DNA of 55,604 nt, the filler included, from Catajapyx aquilonaris (Eukaryota), in assembly GCA_000934665.2 (NCBI GenBank). It is 2 parts of 2 records of this genome, joined end to end, with 100 filler letters (N's around TTAATTAATTAA, not from the genome) between each part and the next. Parts side by side here need not be neighbours in the genome. Positions count along the whole stretch, not along the records: positions 27,763 to 55,604 come from KZ539270.1; 1 more part is not named here. One strand, 5' to 3'. The first letter of the stretch is position 1. Every line of letters starts with the position of its first letter. The translations under genes and the position numbers were made by a program. Below, one piece after another: positions 29,143-41,300 of this stretch. Below the pieces are notes generated by a model. That model was not told where the DNA came from and ran no database searches. It was given only the letters and a program-made list of their open reading frames with translations.

Positions 29143-31507
29143 TGCTTCTTCGATACTCATGCTCTCTCTCTCGCATGTACTTATTGTAAAGAAAGAGCGC
29201 CATCACTGAAAGACGGGGTAATGACTTGCATGAAATTTCGACATGTTTTTCTCAGCATAAAACTCCATGGCAGCAAAGTGTGCAAAACCAATGAAAAGAA
29301 AACACTGACGATTTTTTTTGGACACATTTGATTTTTATTTAAATAGTGTTCACCTTCAAAAATTATTGTCCTCTTAAGGAATAGTCTCTCTCCTGGTTTC
29401 GGACACACAACCTCATACTCCTTATGAAGGCAATAACAAAGTATTGAAATATTCGTCCTGATCGCATTGTGCTAACAACAATAACAAGAACAAAAAAACG
29501 ACGCAGCTTTGTTGTGAGACTACGTCCAGGAAGCGCTCACCTACAAAATGAATGACTAAAAATTGTCAAAAAATATGAACGTGGCTCATTAAAAATATTT
29601 ATATTTTTCCTCCTTACATTTACCTGTTTCGTTTCTATGTTAAATTATTAAAATTGGTGTGTACCCATGTGTTTGTTCCAAACATTCTCCTAATTATTGT
29701 AGACACCTGAAACAATTTCATAAGGAGTAGGGTAATGTTGTAAGCCTATCATTGCGAATGTCACATGAAAAGTCACTTCTGATTCAAATATGTGTAATAT
29801 TAATGTTATTATTCCTATTGTTGGATTTAATAACTTACAATGAATTTTTTTAAATGTGACTTTTAACAACATCCAAGCACTGCCTTGACCGAAACCACAG
29901 TAATGCATACCAGTAATAGAAGAACAAAAATTTGTCAGTAACCTGGTCGAGTTATTGCTTCATCACTCTCTACGCACTTCCTTTTCCCACATTAAGATGC
30001 TTGTCATTCTCTGGCAACAATTTATTTTAAGAATTGCATGAACTTGATCAACAACATGGCGGCTTATCACAGACAAGTTACTAATATCGTAGCCCCCTAT
30101 TTTTTTTGAGGCTACCAAAAAACGTACTGCACGTCGCCCTTCTAAGAATATATAACTGCCCTGTCCTGCTGAGGATATCTAAAAACTGACTAGGTAATTA
30201 TTAATTATTATATATATTTTTTTGTCCAAAACCAGGTTTGGAATAAGTTACCTGGATTGCAGTCCACAACAAAAGGACCGAAGCATTTTCTTACCTACTT
30301 GTTACAATTATGGAGCTGCCACATACAGGTTTCATTTTACAACTCTTATTATTTACACAACCTCTAAGTCACAATTTTTTTCCCCTCAATAAAATGTCAT
30401 TAGTTATTACACACTACAGTACAATTCAGCACCACAGCACTTTGGTTTTTTTGGGGGGTGAAAATCCAAGGATGGTAATTGCAATAGTTTATAATAAATA
30501 TTATGAATGGTGGTCAACTGATAAAAAACCCTTTGGTATAAGAGGTACAAAAACCTTCCCTTTTTCACTCGCAATTTTTTTTTTGCAAACACCAAAGTTT
30601 TCTAGTCTATTCATTGAAAAAAGAAGTTGTGGTAGGTACAATAGCACCAACATTCAGCACGAGATGTAAAGTATGCTACATCTACAATAGAGAAAGAATG
30701 TAAGTTGAAGTATTCACAGCTTTGGTCCAGCTGAAGGGATGCGACAGAAAACTACAAAGTGACATAACTTATTATTACTAATATTTTTTTTCTCTCTCAA
30801 AAATCCATACCGTATACTCAGCTGCCGTATTTGCACGGATCTAGAAAATGACAACATGTACTCTATGCCAATGCTGGTATCAAACACACTTTTCAACAAT
30901 AGCCTCCTGGCCCAAAAAACAGTACAAAAGAGCACCTGTACTCGATATAAAATTGTACAAACCGTTGCATAATATTACCAATTAAAAAACTGCAATGGCA
31001 ACAAATCTTTCTCCGTGCAAACACGTTTATCTAAAATATTACATCTAATGCTATTAAATAGCTACTCGGCAAGAGAACATGCACACTGCATTGTCTGGGA
31101 TAAATTTCATCATTTTTTTAAAAAGCGGCTAGTCCTCCTTATAGACGACGCATGGACGGCTTGTCATGGATGGACTCTACGAATAGTTATCTCCACACTT
31201 TCAACAATTTGTAAAAATATGCCAATAGTTACATGAATTTAGCCGTCTGAAACGATTCAGGGTGGTCCTAACTTGTAAATTTCACAAGAATTGACTCTCA
31301 GACCAGCCCTAACAGTAAAGCAGACCAACTGGGTCCGCACCGTGCGACACAAACTATTCCAAGTAACACTCATCCCAGAGACTACAGCTTGCCATTGGTA
31401 TTGAAACAACCTGCTGTGCTGTGGGCATGTTCTCTGAGATCAACAAGACCCCCAAAATGTCTTGGTCCTTTTTTTTTAAAAAAAAATTGGCAACAATATG
31501 TCCAGCT

Positions 31508-34500
31508 TTAAACTGATGCTTCGTCTATGACAGCCATTCCTCTCTTGGCCCCTGAAAGCACCCTCCAGTTTCTGAACTTGGAGCCTTGTGGCTGTTGTTG
31601 GGATTCACCATTGTTGGCGCCTGATCCTTGCGGTTGTTGGTGTTGTTGTGGTTGGTGTTGGAGCTGAGGAGACACCGAACTGTCCTGAGATTCGTCGTCA
31701 GGTTTGGTCTCGTCGTCAGGTGCGGCACCATCAGGGTTGGTGCTGGCCTGCCTGGCGACGGACCACCGACGTCCTCGACGCTCCAACAGTACGGGAAGTT
31801 CAGCGATCAGGTTGTTCTCGTATTCGCTGAGCATGAGGTAGTTCTCCACCTTGTTGCAGGAGGTGATACAGTCGCCCAGGTAGTCCAGGTCGTCCAAGAT
31901 GTTGTCCGGAAGGTCCATGTCCGCGATGCCTTCCTCCGAGATGCAGGTCAGCTCTGGCTTCTTCAGGTCCATGAAGTTGTTGTAGGTGAAGGACCTTTGT
32001 TGGAGGAGGGCCAGAGGAGGTGCGTGCTCGTCGTCTTGGAAGGACAGCCGAGCCTCGTGTTGGTCCTGATGGGGACAGTTGGGTGCCGGACACTTGTGCT
32101 TCAGGCCCTCCACCACTGCTCCGGCCATGCCCTTCTTCTTTGCCAGTTTACGACGGTGCATGTCAATCAGGAACAGGGTCATGCTGCCGATTAGGACACA
32201 GGTCGAGCTGAAGTAGTAGCCTGTCTTCTCGCCGCATCCGATGTTGATGTAGCCTACAAGATAAGCGTCGTTAGATATGCACAGTATATGCCTGTGAGTT
32301 GCACCAACCTGAGATGGGTACTCCGATGGCGATGGGTATAGCTTGAGAGCATTGGACAAAACCCCAGGCCCTTGCAAAGTTCCTGGCCCTGACCTTCTCG
32401 TACGTGTACATCTTGAGAGAGTACTGGTAACCCCCGCAGAAGATCCCGTAGATCCAGACGAACATGACGTATCCGTGGTATCCCTGCACAGCCGTAAAGG
32501 CCAGGATGGATATCCCACACATGAAGATGGCCGCCTGGCACAGGTACTGCCTGGCTATCCTGCACTCCATACTATTCTGCACCACCACCATCCCGAAGGC
32601 ACAGCAACCCAGCGTCCACGCCAGGCCCAGGTACATCTGCAGCAGAAGAAGACTTTCTTCTTCCAGGCCCTCATGTGCTGCTTGCTGGGCCTGTAAGATG
32701 AAACATAATCAATTATCAACAATATTTATAATTTAATAATTTCTAGTGTTATGTTGACTCAACATTGTGACCTTTTCAGAAGTACGTGCACCTTGACCAC
32801 AAAGGCGTGATTAGTCTGCTTCAAATCCCATCCATCCCACCCACCAGAAAAGCAGTGGCCGGTGCAACACTCAAATTACGCCCATGGACCTGCCTGCTTT
32901 ATGTGCTGGACATACCAGAAAAGGAATGTTGCTCTAATGGGCTCCGGAGGAAAAAGACTGGGCAGCCTGAGCAGCCTGTTTTCTTGAAGACAACGATCCC
33001 AGCAGCAGTCAGCTTCCAACCATAACTCAGATGGATTCTGGATGGTTGGCTTGTCAGAAGATGCAAGAAATGCACCACGCGATTGTTTTGTTCCACTTCC
33101 AAATAGCACTCTCCTGACAACCGAATGTGCGCTGACACAAAATTAATTGAAAATAACTCCGCTCCCTAGATGCCTGATAAAAGAATTTACGATTCGCTCG
33201 GGAACCAAATTTATTTCGAAATTTTTATACTCCCCATATTTCGGCCCACTGCACTGGCGGGTTAGTGGCGAAACATGGCTATTAAAGTTGACCACGTGGT
33301 CTGCTAGGCCTATTCACGCAACAATGGGCGTGGGAACCGAGTATATTTCCATGATTTTATACCGCTCCCTGGAGTTTTACATTGCTGTCAAAGTAATTAA
33401 AATGTAGCACGGTTACCCTCCGAAAGAACCGGAAAGAGCACTAGCCTAGTCAAACCCACGTGGTCAGCTAGGCCTAGTCTTCTTTTCATTTGACCTCACC
33501 AGGTAAAAGATGGGCGTGTTGATGCCGAAAGAGCTGAGAGAAGTAGAGATGAGAAGGATTCGCACAGTCTTGCTCTTGAGGGTACTGAAGTCGAAGAATG
33601 GTGGCCGGTCATCCACTTTGCTCTTATCCTTGATCTTCCGCTTCTGGTTCTTCAGATGCAAGATGGCACGTCGCTGTGGATGGTACAGAGACGCCGACCG
33701 GTAGCACGTGCCCAGGATAAACGTCAGAAACACCAGGCCTGTCACAGCCTGAAGACCAAGCCTCCATCCTATAGAACTACGTACATAAATGTATTATGTC
33801 CATATCAATATGTAAGAAGGGTCATAAAATACTACAACTTGTCCAACCATCACCAGCAGGTCACTAAATCACACGACCTTACGACAGCCCATGATATAAC
33901 TCAGGTCGTATACATGCACACATCAAAAGCCCGCGACATCATTACTCTTCTTTTTATTTCCCCAGATTAAAACCACTTTACGATCCAGCAACCTGTTTTC
34001 TAGGAAGGCTGGAAAACTTCCGATTTTAATGAGCCTTGTGATTAAACCACCCAGGTGGTATCACCATCCTCACCTAATGGCGCCCTTGAGGAAGGCGGAC
34101 ATCACGGTGATTCCCAATCCGCTTCCGGACACGATGAAGATCTCGACAAACTCACGTCTTCTCTTGAAATACTGGCCCACCATCAGTGTTGAGGTGTCTC
34201 GGGTCAGGCCTACCCCGATACCTGTCAAATAAGTGCAGATTCACTATAGTATTCAAATCAGCCACAAATCATAAATCAATAAAAATAAAAATAATTTACA
34301 CACTAATGATGATAGCGGTTAACCCACACAGCAGGGCATCAATTTGGAGGCGGCCGTAATTAATCGCGGCTGTCGTCATATGCATAATCTCTTCATTAGC
34401 GGATACATGAGCGCAGATCTCACAAAAGCGCTGGCTATGCCTCCTTTCGACTCAATTAGCTATTCATCACCACATTTCAACCTGTGCACATACCTCAGTT

Positions 34501-37500
34501 TGTCTCTGTACGACCCCCCACTAAGGACCCGTTCCTTTCAACTGCAACTCACGCATCTTAAGAACAATCGGCCAGTTCAATATCTGTGTACAGGGTGTTT
34601 CATTGCAGCAATTTTTATTATGAGACACCCTGCTGGGGTGTGACCTAAGTTATAGGTCAATTTAAACACAGGACTTGATGGCGTGCTGAAGAGATAGTTT
34701 TGCGTGTTGCGCAAGAGTTAGTGACAACTCAACAGCCCGACCCATCTTGACAGCTACAACACGCCCAAATTTGCATAATCGTGGCCAAGATGCTAAGGCC
34801 TCGACATGGAGTTCCTACCAAATCGACATACGACAATTGGCCTTACCTATGACAGTGCCGTAGGAAAAAAAGAGCTGATGAAACTGAGACGCAAATGAGG
34901 TGAAGAGACATCCAAGGGCAGTGACCAGCCCTCCTAAGACCGCCGTAAGTCTTGTCGATTTCCGGCGACAAAAGGCCACAGTAACGGGCGACAAAAGCAG
35001 CGCCACAGCCGTCGACATCGCTCCTAACCAGCCTGTGGGAAAAAAAGACAAGAAAAATTTCTTAGGATCAACTCCAGAAGACATTAAACATACTAGACTA
35101 AACATTAGCTCCCATTTTTATGTAAGCACAGACCAAGCCATTAGAAGCAAAGTGCCATTGTTTTTTATCCTGACCAGTAAAAAGAACGTATGTCAAAATG
35201 TTACAAAGACTCAGCTGCTTAACAGTTTATTTCTCTTTCAAAAGAATGTAGGTCTACTTGGGGAGTCTACATTGTTCCACAGAAATCCTATGGACAACCA
35301 ATCGCTGATAACCAATCTTCCCAGCTATTCTGACAGTGTTCTCAACATGGTCGGCATCACAGATCAATGTCAGAATATTCGTGTCCTCAAACCGCACATG
35401 GACATGACATAATCCTTTTAAAAAATTTTTAAAATAAAAAAAATGGTTATATAAAATCATATCGTGGATCTGATGGTTTTGGAGGATTATCATTTCGAGT
35501 CCAGCAACCGGTTGCTGACACTTTCCACTTTTCATCGACTCCAACGAGGTGTGGCCCAGGGACTCCTGGCATGTCAGCCAGCCTTGTTATATTCTTCATG
35601 AGCAGCATGTAGATATAAATCCAAGCCTTGTGAACGTGTGTTTCCAATTCAACCGCACAACAACCGCAATTTACCAACCGACGCGACGTAATCTCTTCCC
35701 GTCTTGAAGCCAGTTTTTTTGTATATAGTTGCGAGTCCCTGAGTTTTTCACGTTTACATATGGTGGCCATATATCACCAAAAGACTGGTTATTACATATT
35801 TTTGCTAGAACTTTATACAAAATTTGTCGACATTTCGACCACATTTTTCGCGAGGCAAAGCACCCCATTGTGGACTATAGGTGGTCAGCGAATGAGTAAT
35901 TGGCTGGCTCGAAAGACAATTCATTAACTTTGGAACACGTTTTGACAAAGGGCCCTTTCACCTAAATACCATTCAAGCATCCTCGTTGAAAACATAAAAA
36001 GGCCGCCATGATATATTGGCTAACCTTTTACCGATTGGAAAAATTTTACACAAACACATAGTTAAGCCGGATCGTGATGTAAAATTAATCTCGGTATTAA
36101 AGCAGAAGAGGTGACAAGATTTTAATTTTGATAAACCTTGCTAGTTTAAGTCGTAATTTGTGAGCAGAATTAATTAGCGGCGGCCCGGGCATGCAGATCT
36201 GATGAGTGTTAAAGGAGGTGATAAATCGCGGTGTTTGCTTTTTTTTCATTTTTACACCTGTGAGCTCCATGATTAATTGTTGGCCAAATGAAGCTGGCAG
36301 CACTGGATTCACTGATTGCCAAAACTAATCTGGCACAATATCAATGTTCAAATCAATACACTGCGACATACTGCGTATATGATCAATCGGGAGGCAAATT
36401 TTTACCACCATGACAATATTTAGGAATGGCAACACTGCTTTATCTTAAATTAAACTCAGGCAATCAATTTGACCTTAGGCATCTTTGGACTACCGTTAAT
36501 TTCTCCGCCTTTTGATTTACAAGCTGGGTTGGAATATTCGGCATTGACCCCCTGAGGCTGACACACCAACACGCCCTTGATGATGGTCGTTGTCTTACGG
36601 TACCCAGTAATACCAACTTTATATCACGATATAAAACTTCTCACACAAAAGGTCCTGTCCAGTCAAGACGAGTCGCGAGGATTAGCGTGCAAAATATTCT
36701 CTACATATGACTTTCACTTTATATGACTTTCAGTTTTGGGTCTGACCATTTATGGAATCGTAAAGGACATGATTTGAGAAGAACGTGTAAAAAATTAATG
36801 CCAACATATGCACTTTTATTATCTTGCTTGCCATATGACCAAAAATAAATTTTGTAGGATAATTAGTACAAAGCCGAGCTTCTGGTGTGGTCTGTCGGCT
36901 TCTTGACATGTAAAAAAGGGGTAAGAAATTTAGGTCTTCCTAATGGTTGACTGCCTCCTTCATGTCTCAGTACCGGCGTCGGCCATCAAACGCCTTGAAA
37001 CTCTTCCAAAGGACTTGAGCTGAGCAGACACCTGATTTCGAAACACGTCTTTTCAAAAATGATGAGTAGCTGCCAAACTGTCAGTTCAAATAAATCGCTT
37101 TAGAGAGCATGTAATCCTTTGCTTAGTGTAGGTATAGGTATAGGTATAACTTATACCTATACCTATACTAAGCCTATACCTATACCCTATACCTTATACC
37201 TATACGTCTGTACCTATACCTTATACCGTATAAGGTATAGGTATAGGTATAGGTATAAGGTATAGGCCATAGGTATAGGCTTAGTATAGGTAGTCATAAG
37301 AAAATCGTCATATCAAGAAAAATGTGGATACAAAATATTGTCGACAATAATTGAATCTAATATTAATAACTGATACATTTCTAGTTCATCAATAATTCCA
37401 AGCAGACAATTTGATTACATCTGTACTTTTTTATATCTTTTTATCCATATCAAGTAGCAGGGTCGTGAGTCAGCAATCAGACTTTCTTATTGGCCATCAC

Positions 37501-38314
37501 CTCCACGCAAACCATCCCAAACGACCCATCAAGACACGTTTTATGGGTTATTCCAACGCTTTTCCCAAAACGGTTTGATGTCGATTCAACTACCGTATAC
37601 TAGTTCGGTCCACAAGATTAGGCACAGAATGTTGCTTATTGCCTCCGACTATCAGACTAACCAAGTAGAAAATCGCTCAGGACTATCTTCTACCCAGTTC
37701 ATTTACTACCAGCATAACTCTTTTCCCCTCTTTGAAGGTGCTCCACATTTCATATCACACGCTAGTTTAAGTATGGTGCCTATCACGCAATGTACTGTTT
37801 TTACGACGTACTTTGCCTTTTCTATTAAATTATCAGCATACCCTTCTGAAAATCTGAAAATTTTCAAGTAGCAGTAGCAGTATCCGCAGTGGTAGCAGTA
37901 GCAGTAGAAAATTTGAAACAGTTTATAGTCCTGGCCCTAAGCGCTTTGTGATAAGAAGGTACCACTTGACACATATGTTCCCTAGGCCTATAGGAGCAAT
38001 TCCAGAGTTGCAGGCAACTGATCGGCCCCTTAGGTCACGAGTTATGCGGTGTTGCCAACATGGCCGGGGCTGACCTGAACGTTTTTAACGTTGCATTTTG
38101 TGATAAGAACGTACTGCTTGGCACATACGTTCCCTAGGTCTGTAGGAGTCGTTTGAGAGATGGCGGCACTTGATCGGCTCTTTAGGTCAGGAGTTATGCG
38201 GTGTTGCCAACCTGGTCCTGGACCTAAGCGTTTTGAACCATTTTTAACTTTGCATTTTTGTGATTTTGGCAAGCATGTTCCCCAGGCATTATTAGGTAGC
38301 AGTTCAGTAGTATC

Positions 38315-38369
<55 letters not shown>

Positions 38370-41300
38370 GTGGCCAAAGTGATGGTTTTAGTGAAAGATA
38401 GGCCTGACTCAAGTTGTATGGTGGAAAAAGAGTGGATCGATTGGAGTCAGCAGTCCTCGTGGAAAAAGGCTGTGAACATGAATAAAAGGCCCAATTTGGC
38501 TGAGATGCAAGAGAGCAGTGAAGAAGTCTAGCTTGGAAAAGGAGGTGCCGGATTCCCTTCCAGCCAAAAACTCCAGGAGAGAACCTACCGTCGCGGATTT
38601 ATAATTGAAAACGACCTGTCATCTACCTGATTACACGACATTGAGCCTGAAAAATGCTCCAAATCATAGAGATCCAACAATAAAAATTCAGCACTATCGG
38701 CCATCTTGGACTAAAAATGGCTAATGACACCAGATGCGAAAATCAGCCATGTTGCTAATCAAACTAATTACAGGACAAGTGATTTACGATTTTGTCATTT
38801 GGGCGTGATTGGCCAATCAATCGACTTCCGAACCTGGACTAAAAATGGCAACCACTTGAGCCCCGGTTAGTTGCGGTTGGGTGCTGACAGACATTTAGGT
38901 AACTTTTGGCAAATCGGCATGTCAGAGTGATGATGTAATGAGCCGGCTCGAACGGGGCGTGAAACGAATCGTGACGACTCATGACAACCGCCATGTAATT
39001 ATCGTGCGCCTGGTTGACCTAAGACATACTTCCGGGCATGCATCGGGTGTCAACATGAATCATGTTGCATTGTGATCAACTTGTGGTGAGTAATTACTTG
39101 GACATGTGTACATATTTTTTATATGAATTACTTGTAATTCATAAAAAATATGTACACATGATTGAGTTTCGAATAGTTTGTATATGAATATACAATTGAA
39201 ACTCAATCAGTTTGAGTTCAGTGACCTATGCCATATGGTCACATCCGCCCATTTTTCTTTTCCCACTATTTGGGAATCTTGGCGGAAACAGGCTGTGGGT
39301 GTGACGACAGCAGTTCCAATTCCCTTCGCCAACTAGTTTCTGTATGTTTTTTTTCCAGCCAAATTTTTTGAGCGAAATTCTTCAGGCGCTAGGTACGCCC
39401 CCCCCCCCCAAAAAAAAAAAACTTGATGCAAATTCCTTTAAAAAACAGATTATTTTTTTCAATCCAGGTCCATTATGCTACTATTGAAACTGGAAGGACT
39501 GGAAGGTCTAGTTGCATGCTAATGGAATCCTCTGTTTTGCCAGCAAATGCGTCTGTCAAGTCCGGAATTCAGGAGCCGTCGATACATGTAAATAGTCAAC
39601 TTGCCACTTTGCAAGCGGCGCATGGCAACTCATCTGCAAATGGAATAAAGCTGGACCAATTGTAATGCCATTTTGTGATTTTTTCCCCCTCTTAAAGTTA
39701 GGGTCCATGTACACTTTGAATGGAATTCTGATCAATTCATAAGAGATAGTCCAAAGGTGGCCATTAAATTTTGTAGATATTATTCCAAGTTGCCAAATTA
39801 ATGTTCCTCTGGAGTTTGGATGGAAAATTTCGACCTGTGGTCAGCCCCGTACAGTAATGAATTTCGAGTGTGACGGGTGGAGTCCCCTGGGCTGGTATAC
39901 AAAAAAAAGGGTCTAAGCAACAGAGCGGCGCTTTATTCTCCTAGCAACCTGTAACTCTGTGAGTCGCATGCAGCAGCATCAGTCAGGGTGCCCCTGAAGC
40001 AAGAGAATAAGTGGAAAGACCAGGTCGTCAGAGAGAAATGTTCCATCAAGTCAGCTCCTCCCTCGATCCATCCTTTTAAAGGTCGACGGGGGCTCTTTTC
40101 ACTCATCCTATAAACAGGTATGTAAAAATTAAAGACCTGGCACTAAACAGTGGGGACAAATCATTTAAGACACATCCCTTTTCAAGCCAGATCGATGTAT
40201 GGTGAAACCCCTCTTTCCTCCTGATTAATATCCTGGGAATGTCTCCAAATTGACGACAATCCTGTTGCTTCTAATCCGATAGGATTGAGGCTGACCACAA
40301 ATTCTTGCCTTAATTGGGAGGAAATCTCAGTATGTTGCTCTAGCACATCTGCAATGCGCTGACCATACTCAGGCACGCGTTTCTGGGCCATCTAAAGAGA
40401 TAAGGCCATCAGTCTTCATCTGTGGTGTCTCCCAGGTTGAATCGGGATATTTTTCCTAATGCAAGATACAGGTTTTGGGGAAGTCGAAAATATTGGACTG
40501 ATTTAGGAACATGAGTGCAAGATGAGCGTACTGTGAGTGTACGATGTGCGTACTGTGAGTGTACGATGTGCGTACTGTGAGTGTACGATGTGCGTACTGT
40601 GAGTGTACGATGAGTGTACTGTGAGTGTACCGTGAGTGTACGATGAGCGTGAGGTCAGCATGCTTCACCCAACCTCACTGCAAGGTATGACAATATTTTG
40701 AACCCAGAAACTAGCCAATTATTGATCAACCTCTATCCTTAATATTGGACCAGCAACACTAAACCGCTGCCAACACCGCAGAGGTTATTCCTCCTGCTAA
40801 GATGCGAAGAGATACAGCGACTTTATGGGGCAGCAAGTGCTGGAAAGAGATTCTCAGAGCGTCCTATCCTGCTGATTCACGCTGCCCATTTGTCTCCAAA
40901 AGAGTCGCCTTTAAACCCCTTCGGACCCCCCTGTGAAAGAACCAAGATGGTTCGAGTGATTCTGTATGGCCACATCAGACAAGTCCCGTTGTTACCACTC
41001 ATAAAAAGGGCTCGGAATCTTCTCTGATGGCCACTTGGGTTTTCCGAGAGCTAATACCGCCTCTGGAATCTTTGCAATCCTCTAGAGCACACCCTATCAC
41101 CTAACCTACAACGGACCCATTTTATGACATCTTAATAGCTGACCTTCGCGTATCCAGTTTATGAGCTATAAATTAGGATATGCTACTAACCAAGTAGTTT
41201 ACATGATAATAACTCCCTGGTATGTTATCCGACCTATTTTAAGAATTAAACTGGGACGAAACTTTCCTCCTTTCATTTGCATACTAATGGTTTCATGCTA

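Noticed and set aside
31588..32736. Plus-strand ORFs overlapping the MCT 3' exons
   Set aside because: Antisense shadows of the minus-strand MCT coding sequence.
33286..33476. Short inverted/direct repeat around ccacgtggtc in an MCT intron
   Set aside because: Only 14-21 bp with no clear TSD; possibly a MITE remnant but not supportable.
38042..38531. ORFs with poly-Ile or poly-Leu runs
   Set aside because: Translations of the (AAT)18 microsatellite.
40182..40440. Possible BTB-BACK domain fragment (LFRW..RIADVLEQ..LRFP) on the minus strand
   Set aside because: Needs about three frameshifts in about 60 codons; over-fitting.
40521..40650. Regular repeats here and at 2784-2890, 4400-4720 and 48850-48921 considered as CRISPR-like arrays
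   Set aside because: Head-to-tail tandem repeats without unique spacers, in a eukaryotic intron context with no cas genes.
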